Assembly: GCA_016906335.1 (NCBI GenBank)
Contig: JADEYG010000007.1
Span: 124,001-188,000 of the forward strand
Direction: 5' to 3'
Length of the DNA stretch: 64,000 nucleotides
From: Novakomyces olei
Taxonomy: Eukaryota
The notes beneath the pieces were generated by a model that had not been told where the DNA came from, searched no databases, and was given only the letters and a program-made list of their open reading frames with translations. Of the stretch, positions 13,601 to 22,178 are shown one piece after another. Made by a program: the position numbers and the translations under genes. How positions within the stretch are numbered: position 1 is the first letter of the stretch; each line of letters starts with the position of its first letter.

Positions 13601-15068
13601 AGGTTAGCTCGCAACCTTTGTCTTTACGTTTACACGCATCCTGAAACAGCTTCACCGGGTAAAGCGACTTGCTTGTCGACTTGGGGATCACAAAATTGCG
13701 AATGTTGAGCATACGGCTGTTTGCGTCTTGCGCTTCCACCTGCTGTGGCTCATCAAACATGCCGGCTAGATCTGGTGCAGAGTCGGAACCTCCTTCATCG
13801 CCAGAGTTTTCGTTTGTTTTAGACCTCTCTGAGCCGTTGGCAGTGGTAACGGAAGGAGAGCTTGCCTTGCTGGACAGGTCGGGTGAATTATTGCTGGAGA
13901 GCAGCAGCTCATCTTCGCGTTTCAGCTTTTCAAATAAAGCGGTTTTTCTGGGCTGAATCTCTCTTTGTGCACGAGCTCCGTCAAAGAGTACGTCTTTTGA
14001 TAAATCGTTTGCGAGTTTTTGCATCTTTATCAAGTCTTTGTCAGCATCTTCTGTATTACCCCCATTTCTCCGCAGTCTCACAATGCACCGTTGCACTTCA
14101 ATGATAGAAAGTCGCAGCTCTACATACTTGCTTGTGATATCATTGAAATCGTCGTCATCCTCACTGAAACGTCTCATTTGATCAAGAGTCCTTTGTTTTA
14201 TAGCAGCCGCTTCTTCTTCAGCCACTTCTGACCTTTCGGGTCTGTCGTGCTTGCCCTTGGACGATTCTATTGGCCGGCCCACAGACCGTTGAGTCCGGTC
14301 GGCTTGTAACTTTTCGGTATTCCAGTTTTTCCTTATATCAACCGAGCTAGACCCTGGACTGCCACCGACTGAAACGCTGGTCGATTTGATCGACTGGGCA
14401 AACCCTTGGTATCCATAATTGACTTGCGTGCTTGTGCTTAGCACTAGATTGCAAAACGAATCGTCAAGGTCCATATACTTTGAAGCATCCATGGCGGCGT
14501 TTATAGATTCCTGTGAGAACCCCAAATGACGAAGAAGACAATAGTTTACGCATAGCTTGGTAAGCGTCTTGTCTTTTTTCTCCAAAAGCATATCCAGTCC
14601 CCAAGACGACTTGCCTTTGCCACTAGACGCAGACGCAAAAAGAGTCTTTATATCTGGCTGAGCCAACACGTCATCAACCAGCTCGGGATCCATCTTTACC
14701 AATTCTTGCACAGAAAGCTTCATACGCTTTTCCACTTGAGCCTGTCTTATCTGCCGATCCGCTAGTCTTTCTGCAGGCACGTAAATTTTATCTACCAGCC
14801 CTTGCCAGTACAGATCTTCCATGCTTTCAAGTGTATCATCTGTACTGTTAGCAGCATCCTCCTTATGCGAGGAAAGTCCATTTGAACTGCTGTTTTGACC
14901 AGACGCAGCAGCAGAGGCAAAGGCAGAGGTAGAAGCAGACACTTCCTGCGACTCCTCAGGCTCGGGTGACTGAACTGTTTTGCTCTTCGAGGGAATCGAA
15001 GTAGTTGCAACTGCTCGAGCCGGATTCGAGGAGGCTCCTTTCCCTTTCTTCCCGCCCTTTTTCGCCAT
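10695..15068 (-). CDS. DEAH-box RNA helicase, DHX29/DHX57-like, intronless
   Basis: GETGSGKST, DEVH, SAT, TNIAETGITI and QRRGRAGR motifs; ATG at 15068 (MAKKGGKK). Confidence 0.92.
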   Translation of the reverse strand: MAKKGGKKGKGASSNPARAVATTSIPSKSKTVQSPEPEESQEVSASTSAFASAAASGQNSSSNGLSSHKEDAANSTDDTLESMEDLYWQGLVDKIYVPAERLADRQIRQAQVEKRMKLSVQELVKMDPELVDDVLAQPDIKTLFASASSGKGKSSWGLDMLLEKKDKTLTKLCVNYCLLRHLGFSQESINAAMDASKYMDLDDSFCNLVLSTSTQVNYGYQGFAQSIKSTSVSVGGSPGSSSVDIRKNWNTEKLQADRTQRSVGRPIESSKGKHDRPERSEVAEEEAAAIKQRTLDQMRRFSEDDDDFNDITSKYVELRLSIIEVQRCIVRLRRNGGNTEDADKDLIKMQKLANDLSKDVLFDGARAQREIQPRKTALFEKLKREDELLLSSNNSPDLSSKASSPSVTTANGSERSKTNENSGDEGGSDSAPDLAGMFDEPQQVEAQDANSRMLNIRNFVIPKSTSKSLYPVKLFQDACKRKDKGCELTWSHPKGTICVQTSLTVKFSNGAPSEHYDMADDCCTSYEMAQNYVATVAIVSSAATAGTMTHTQLPKPFRDLYDEKQKEFIMQRDSSTRDTLKLLSRVLENRLRGLELKSNVSQDEHKGDSTASESESYRVPAETRLQMAQQWQVRTESPQYMEMNLGRMELPVAGFRDKLLDVIEANQVVIVCGETGSGKSTQIPAYIMEDKIGHQLDFNIVCTEPRRISALSLAHRVSEELGDARGACGTVRSHIGYAIRLEAKTCRSTRLTFATTGIVLRMLEGSKTLESISHLIIDEVHERGIDSDFLLIVVRRILKYRPDLKVILMSATVDAERLSTYMFNCPILNIPGRTFPVEEKFLEDAIELTGYKLDEKSPFARTKLRSSQFNMEFDDETEQASLAAAQSPAASGCLSGYSIETQKTLAMMEEYRINYDLIVSLLDTIAYGSDDGVRQFSQAILVFLPGLAEIRRLYSALLSHPAFGSNAWVIYPLHSSIASNDQEAVFEPPAPGVRKVVLATNIAETGITIPDITCVIDTGKVKEMRFDEKRQISRLVEGFISKANAQQRRGRAGRVRPGLCFHLFTRNRYNKWMTDHQVPEIKRLSLQDLSMRVKTCELGGINEVLTDALDPPSPDNVRRAISSLVDVGALTATDEDLTLLGKHLAMLPVDVYLGKIILFGLAFQCLDVALVIAASLSTKSPFQSPFGLEKEAERAKMHFAKDNSDFQTVFQVYCTWRRVCTGSSHLSEKAFCSQNFLSARDLVAIEDLRQQYIQLLIDARLLSLSSTLQQQLNSLRYQSSRQARFFFLPDQYNANSENTWITSAVVGAGLYPKLMKHDPSSGQTHTIMNNKHLSIHPTSVNFGKRLDAHTRLIAYYSLIQSKKLYAQETAKIEPSAVAMLCGDGEFKLLSGQLSLDHGRLRFAFDNARSLLAFRILRMQVQKIIYYLLEQPGQVLSKEQQTWLNLAGTLLQTESDKV

Positions 15069-15865
15069 TATTAAAGAGGACGGGAAGAGGTGCCACAGAT
15101 AAAAGGACAAGTCTTAAAAATACAGCGTTCGCATTGGTCTCATGCTGTATATCAACGTCCCAGCATGTGTGACATTCGAGTCAAAGCCTTATGTGTAGTT
15201 GCTAATATTAAATAAAATACGAATATTCCTGCTGTACTCGTAAATAATCTATCTGTCATCTGCTGTATGCGTGAATTTTGACTATTTTTCGGCTTTTATA
15301 ATGTTCTTTATTATATTTTTTTTTTTCGAGATTTAGCTGTATTTACTATTTTCTTGTTGCGTGGCAAGAATCACACTTACATAGCGATAAGCTGTAATTT
15401 GCTTGTGAAATCTTTCTTTTGCAAGTTTTCATAATACCATTCTCATGAAGTTTTCATATCTACAAAAAACTGGTATATTTGGATGTTCATAAATTAAAAA
15501 TGTTATGCTAATCGTGGCAAATTTAACCCCATCCATCATTAAAATTAATGTAGCTTTATTAAGTCCAAGCTTCGCCGGTACAATTTTTCAATTTCTGCCT
15601 CTGCGTAAGCTACAAATTCCGTCGGGAGCGTCTTTTTGTCAAATTCTTTGATATTGGCATGTAATGCCAGGCCAGTACCGCTCTTTGGTAATGGAAATAA
15701 AAACATGGCTTTATCGAATAAGACTGTGTTTCCCTGAATATGAAGGCGTCGTGAATAAAACATTAGTTGCCCTCGCTATATTTGTGCATTCGACCATTGC
15801 CACCCTGACTTTATCAGCAATCAACGTACGCTTCCCCATAATTATTTATAAAGCGAATAAGAAAC

Positions 15866-16080
15866 TGTTGAATATAGAAGGTTGGAATTTGCTCTTATGG
15901 TAGATTAAATGAATTAGATACTCTAGATTGCTTCAGCTGAATCCCCCCCGAGGGTGTGAGGGTTCGCTTGAGCTATATATATGTAACTATGTATTTTTGA
16001 GTGAGTATTCTGTAAAGCTAAAAGTCAAACAACTGACACTCATGGTTGAGTTGTCTTAGCCGGTCAGTGAGTCGGCGAGT

Positions 16081-16178
<98 letters not shown>

Positions 16179-16205
16179 AGGGGATAATAGATTCATATTT
16201 CAACA
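15866..16205 (-). repeat. Element A 3' LTR (340 bp) containing (TAT)32; PPT adjacent (plus-strand CTCCCCTT at 16206)
   Basis: Direct repeat of 33579-33900. Confidence 0.95.
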
Positions 16206-16259
16206 CTCCCCTTGAATCTTTTATTTCCTTTTTGTATTCTTGTATTTATTTTTTTTTTG

Positions 16260-17710
16260 TTATTCTTCATTGTATAGCATTTTTGTAAATTTAGTGAATT
16301 TGTTTCCAAGTAGGTTCTTGGTCAATCCATCTGCCTTCATGTTTCGTGAGGGGCATCTCTGTATGCTTATCAGTCCATTTCTCACAATATCCATCACATA
16401 GTAGCAGGTGTTACTTAGATGTTTTGAACCCTGGTAGTTTCCACCATTAGTTGCAAGTAATATGCAGGCGTTGTTATCGCAGTAGACGATTGGGATGTTA
16501 TCGGGCCCTTTATTAATTTCGTCCATTAGATATTTGTAGTACAAGGCTTGATTGACTGTTAGTTTCATAGCTTCGAACTCCGCCATCATTGTACTTGGTG
16601 TTACAATTTTTTGCTTTTGCGAGTTCCAGGCTATTGGGCCGTTATTTTTTCCTAGTGAGACAACGTATCCTGATCGGGATTTTCTGTCGCAAGTGTCTCC
16701 GGCGAAATCAGAGTCGCCCCACGAGTGTATCTGTAGATCATTTTCTCTAGTGTAGGTGATACATGTGTCCAGTGTAGCGTTTAGATATCTCATAGTGTGT
16801 TTTAAGGCCTGTATTTGTTCTTCATTTTGTCTTTTTGTATGTTTGCTTAACATACTTATTGCAAATCTGAGGTCTGGTCTTGTCCATTCGGTCAAATATA
16901 TTAATTTTCCTATAATAGTTGGATAGATTTCCAGACAATCATAATTTTCAACCGCGGGATGATAGAGTGAATTGATGTTTGTGATGGGCTGACTTATGTA
17001 TTTTAGGTTAGTGTCTCCGTAAGTGCGTATAATTGACTTAGCAAATTGTGACTGTGACAATTTGAGTATTCCTTTGTCGCGATCATATGTAATGTCCATA
17101 CCAAGATATCTCTTTATTTTTCCAAGTGACTTGATGGAGTAAAATGTTTTCAAAAAGGATTCAAATTCAAGTCTCTTTCCTTTCTGTTTTTCGACGATCA
17201 TGAGGTCATCTACGTAGACAGCAATAATTAAAGAGTCATTGTAATATATGGCAGAATCTTTGTTTGATTTTGTTAGACCGTATTTTGTCAATGTAGAATC
17301 CAGTTCACTGTTCCACGATCTTGGTGCCTGTTTGAGACCATAGAGACTTTTGTTTAATTTTAGGACAAGGCCGGGTTTAATTTTCACTCCATCGGGTTTT
17401 TTCATGTACACTGACTCCTTTAGTGTACCATATAGGAAGGCTGTATCCACGTCGATTTGATAGATTTCATAATTTTTAATTACGCTGTAGGCTAATAACC
17501 ACCGTATGCTGTCAGGACGAGCGACTGGGGCGTATGTATCTTCATAGTCTTTTCCAAAAATCTGTGAGTACCCTTGTGCTACTAGTCTTGCTTTTCTAAT
17601 TATTTCATTCGACTGTTCTCCTTGTTTCAGTTTAAACACCCATCTGCATCCAACTGTACGTATATTTTGTGATTGGGGAACGACTTTCCATACTTCATTT
17701 CTTTCCATTG
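16260..17710 (-). CDS. Element A pol, 3' part: reverse transcriptase and RNase H (separated from the 5' part by element B)
   Basis: KARLVAQG, DVDTAFL, LYGLKQ, YVDD, DSDFAG and ADGLTK motifs; joins ...KELKAM|ERNEVW when B and one TSD copy are removed. Confidence 0.95.
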
Positions 17711-18057
17711 TGTTAGGCCATAGTGTAGATAGTAAAATTTAAATTTAAAATGACATAATTAAATTAAATTAATTCACTCCAAATACGGAATTTAACCGAT
17801 TTGGAGGAATATTTAATTACTAATCATTAAATCACGCCACTGATCGGGTATCTGTAACCTATCAATGATAAGGTGATTACTAATTGATCGGTTACTTCTG
17901 ATCCTATCTGATTACTAATTGATAGGAAAGTCTTGATCCTATCTCTGAGATAAGAGCTGAGCCTTGAAGTCTATAAAAGGACAAGGTTTTCCATAGTTTA
18001 AGAGTAGATTCAATTAATCTAAAGAGTTATAACAGTGAGTTACTTCCAGTTATAACA
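17711..18057 (+). repeat. Element B 5' LTR with three TTACTAA sites, TATAAAA at ~17972 and a GTGAGT splice donor at 18035
   Basis: Identical by eye to 30038-30384. Confidence 0.95.
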
Positions 18058-18787
18058 ACTTTTTTCACTGCTAACATTGTCAGTGAATCCGTCAGGAGAC
18101 AGCCGACGGCCTCGCATTGTCTACTCTGAGACATTTGCAAATCTCTTGAAGCAGGCAAAAACCGATCCAAAGGTTGTTGTCTCGGCTGGCTCTATCCGCC
18201 GAAGCAATACACCCAAGGATAAGGATAAAACCTCTGTGTCTGGACTTACCGACCAGAGTGCCCATTCAGAGAAAAATACCTCTATTCATCAATTGAATAA
18301 GAGGAAAGAAAGAAACGCTCGCCGATCGCAGGCATTCAAAGAGCGTAAACGCAACGGTCGAATTTCCAAGGAGCCTGAGTCAATTGCTGCTATTGCGGCA
18401 AAGGTGCTCAGAAAACCTCCTCCACCAGCGCAGAGACTTGGTCCTTACCCAGCTCCCACAGTTCCTTCAGTTTCTCTGGCCACTATTTCTGCTACAACTC
18501 CTCGCTTGCCTCTATCAGAGGAAGAAGTTTTTCGAAAACAAGCGCACTGGACAAGCAAAGCGGCGGCAAATCTACGCTACGAGGAAACATACAACAAATT
18601 GGTGGCCAATCGCATTCAAGAACTGCACAACAGGAAGAAAACAAAATATCTTCTGGACAACATTGTTGAGGACAGATTCAAAATTCGTCTTTACAGAGGA
18701 GAAGATCCAAACAAAGTTGAGAAGGATTACTACGAGCACTTGAAAAGTGGACAGCAATCACCAGCGTTTTTGAATACTTTGTATTAG
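18034..18787 (+). CDS. Element B accessory ORF0 (~234 aa, basic and Pro-rich, bZIP-like basic region); ATG formed by splicing A18034 to TG18084-18085
   Basis: Open frame with no Met; predicted intron 18035-18083 (GTGAGT...GCTAAC...CAG) yields in-frame ATG AAT CCG. Confidence 0.75.
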
Positions 18788-18854
18788 TCTTTTATATTTA
18801 ATATATTTAATTCTGTATCAATTTAATTTAAATTGATTAAAATATATTTTAAAT

Positions 18855-20625
18855 ATGGACTTCAAAATCAAGCTGCCTGAACCAGCAAAGCTGAATGGTC
18901 ATTCAATGACCCATAGAGAGTTCCAATCATGGAGAAGCTCTGTGGTTAAATGGCTGACATATGCCAAAGCAGGAGGCAGTGTTACCGGGATTTCAGATAT
19001 AGACTTAATTAGCATGTTCCTCGAATCGAACGCTACAATCTATGCTGAAGAACTCAGGGACAATGCTAGTGTAACGACAGATCAGATGCTTGATCATCTG
19101 GAGCGAAGCATTGTACCCAACGACTATTTACCACGCGCTTACAGCAAGTTTGTTACCTTCGCTCAAGGAACAAAAAGCATTAGCCAATATGCCACGCAGC
19201 TTAAATTGAAATCAATGGAACTAGAAATAGTTAACGAAGCCATCTTAATTCAACAATTCATACATGGGCTAAATGAGAGAACAAAGCCTCAAATAATGGG
19301 ATCTTTGAGAAGCGCATTTGGAAATCAGTCGGGAAACAACACAGGAATGACGAAATGGAAATGGCAAAGTGTGGTTGATGTGGCAACAGGCTACGATTTT
19401 ACTGCAACAAGACCATACATAGGGAGCATGAATCCTAAACAAGGCAACCAACAAACTGAAGCAAAGGCAACTACTTCTGAGAAGAAAGAACCAGAGAAGC
19501 CAGCCCTCAGAACAAGATGTACCTTTTGTCGCCGCACTGGGCACACGTACGAGCAGTGCTTTAAACGAAAGAATCAATCAACCATCAGTGCTCTTAAAGA
19601 TGATTCTGAAATAGTTAGCAAAGAAATCAAACTTGATTACAATTGTTCTGCTGTCCAAAACACAAACCAACAATTTCTAGTAAATCTACCTGTGGAAATA
19701 AATGATAAAGAAATCAAATGTCAGGTCCTGATTGATACTGGAAGTGATATTGATGTTATTGACTCAAACTTTTGCAATGTTCACCGACCAACATACAAAG
19801 AAAGTGACCACAAAATTCAAATGGCCTTTCAAGGATCGAAAACTGTGAGCAGATATATGGCCAAAGTCATGTTCAAAGGCAGCGAGTTAAATTGCGCCGT
19901 TGCAAGACTCAGAACTTCTGATCTATTGATTGGCATGGGAACACTGAGTAAGCTTGGGGCAATTGTGAACACTCGCAAACGACATATACAATGGCAGGAA
20001 GATGCAAATGAAAGAAGGTTTGTCAAGCCAGAAGTACTTCCTGTAGTCAGCTCAATAACAATCGATGACAACAAGAGAATTGAAGTCCAACAAGTTACAA
20101 ATGAGGACTTGGTTGACCCAGAAAAAGTACTGCAGATACTTCAAGACAAGTTTGATCAAACTTTGATCAAGGATCCTCCAAGCAAGTTGCCTATAATGAG
20201 ACCTGTGGTTGCTACATATGAGCCAATTGATCCAGAAAAAAGGTATAACATAAAAAAGTGGTACCCAAGCAAAAAGCTTATGTTGCCTCTGAAATTAAAG
20301 ATTGATGAGCTATTAAAAGCAAAGATGATCTCAATCTCTAGCAAAGAACCTAGTGCAATACTGTTTCCTATTCCCAAAGACAAAGAAATGGTTAACAAGC
20401 TAACAGATCCTAAAGAAATAATTAAATATTTGAGATTTGTTAATGATGCTCGACCTCGCAATGCAAACATGAAGCGTTTCTACATTCAAGTACCACGTAT
20501 TGACATAGTTGTACAAGACATTGCACGAGCAAAATACAGAACTAAGATTGATTTGAAGGACGCTTTCTTTCAATCAAGAATACAACCCGGACAAGAACAC
20601 TACACGGCATTCTGGACACCATTTG
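18855..20625 (+). CDS. Element B gag-pol, 5' part: Gag with CCHC knuckle, aspartic protease, start of RT
   Basis: CTFCRRTGHTYEQC, LIDTGS and KIDLKDAFFQ motifs; continues as ...WTPF|GIYQWNVMPQG after C is removed. Confidence 0.93.
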
Positions 20626-21331
20626 TGTAAGGTGGCCCTTAGAGGGGAGCACCGCGGTGTAAACTCGCGTGTCGCTACAGGCGAACACGGACTGTCCTTT
20701 GCGAGACCGCTCGACAAAGGAAGTTCAATCGGTTACCGCGCGAAGCGAGTACCGAGAAACGGGAACGTAGACTTGCGCCCGGCGCAAGAACTAAGGAAAA
20801 GGAAAAGGACGTTGTCCTTGAAAAGGCGACGGCGCTTCTCTAAAGCTTACCTGCTACAAGGCTATGTAGCAACTTTGAGATTATAAGCCCGTGGAGAGAG
20901 TTCTCTCCATGGGCGACTATGTAGACTATCCTATGAGGCTTAGCGGCTCGCTTAGCCACTTCGCGGCCTAAGCCTCATCCCACCACGATCTCAATGCGAT
21001 GGTCCCAGACCATCCGCATTGGGAAAGCGGTGGCGAGCTATGAACTCTATGGATCGATCTATCTAGCTTCGTAGCGATGCGCGATCGCTACTACTACTGT
21101 CATGCGCCGCGACGTGCCTACGTCGCGCGGGCATGGACGTGGACCTGCTTCGCGCGAGCCAGGTCCAACCTGCTCGCGAGCTAGGCCACTTACGCGCTTC
21201 GCGCGAGTAATGTCCAACATTACCTCGCGCGAGCTATTTAGATCTATCTAGCCTGAAGTCATCGCCTTTGGCGCTACAGGACTTCAGGCGTCGTTCGCTG
21301 TCGTGGTTCACGCGAGGCGGGGATCATGACA
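20626..21331 (-). repeat. Element C 3' LTR (706 bp, GC/CpG-rich, many inverted repeats)
   Basis: Identical by eye to 26824-27529. Confidence 0.95.
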
Positions 21332-21450
21332 CTATCCCCCCTTTCTAGGGCGAGGTCTCCGCGCCTATGAAAACCACGTTAGCTACTAGACTGCTATATA
21401 AGTGCGCTTTCGGCAATAAAACTATCTAAGTAATATAAAGTAATTTGCGG

Positions 21451-21951
21451 ATGCAAAACAAGAATTTTCGCTCTGCGTTCCGGATCAACAACAACATGTC
21501 GCTTGCTCATGTCAGAGATGCTATCGTGCCCTGCGAGTATTGCGTGGCAAACTCTTTGCCGTGCCGCTTCGTTCTCGGCACTGCACCGTTTGTGCGTCGC
21601 TGTATGGTCTGCGCGGCACGTCGCACCCGTTGCGAAGGAGGCCGTTTTCTTCATGACAATGAGGAGAACGAGCGCCTTGTTGCCGCGCGTGAAGAACAGC
21701 GTGTGAGAGAGCGCGAGGAGCTGCAGCGTCGCCGCGGAAGACGTCGCGCGCGACAGCGAGCGCAGGAGGAAAGACGTCAGGCACCATTCGAGGTGCATGT
21801 AATTGCCGATGACGGTCCTCCGTCAACAAATTCGATCGTCGGTTCGGTTTCGAGTGCGCTGGCCCAGCGCGATGCGACTATCGCTCGCCTCGAGCGCCGC
21901 AACCGTGCGTTGGAGCGCGAGATTCTTTCGCTCCGTGCCGCTCGTCCGTAA
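21451..21951 (+). CDS. Element C antisense accessory ORF: Zn2Cys6-like cluster plus charged coiled coil (ATG at 21451 or 21496)
   Basis: C-x2-C-x6-C-x12-C-x2-C-x6-C pattern; upstream TATATAA at 21395; downstream AATAAA x2 at ~22078-22091. Confidence 0.75.
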   Translation: MQNKNFRSAFRINNNMSLAHVRDAIVPCEYCVANSLPCRFVLGTAPFVRRCMVCAARRTRCEGGRFLHDNEENERLVAAREEQRVREREELQRRRGRRRARQRAQEERRQAPFEVHVIADDGPPSTNSIVGSVSSALAQRDATIARLERRNRALEREILSLRAARP

Positions 21952-22178
21952 TTGTGTGCGTGACTCAACAGCCATTCCTCCTTGCGTTGTCCCATATTAT
22001 TTGTTCGACAAGTAATTGAATATGTTTTTGTATAATTTTCTCGTAATAATTTAAACAATAATAATCGCGGTATAATCAATAAATCAATAAATCACTTTAA
22101 GAGTTGAGTCTTAGTTTCGCGTGGGTGACGAAAGTTGAAGGTCGTCGCCCGAATAGGGAGCTCGCTTAGCATTCCCAT

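Noticed and set aside
15545-15860. Short minus-strand ORF and intron-like signals beside the copia insertion; a short frame (MKFFTVTDAFNIEF|LIRFINNYGE) crosses the reconstructed empty site
   Set aside because: No recognisable domain and no consistent splice model; could be a disrupted small gene but I cannot support it
16046-16288. Poly-Tyr ORFs (also 33759-33962)
   Set aside because: Translation of the (TAT)n tract within the copia LTRs
18077-18787. ORF0 or the antisense ORF of element C as an env-like gene
   Set aside because: Neither has a signal peptide or transmembrane segment; both are basic and hydrophilic
20623-20886. Basic 84-87 aa ORF duplicated at 26830-27084
   Set aside because: Lies within the LTR copies, has no ATG start, and the duplication is explained by the LTR
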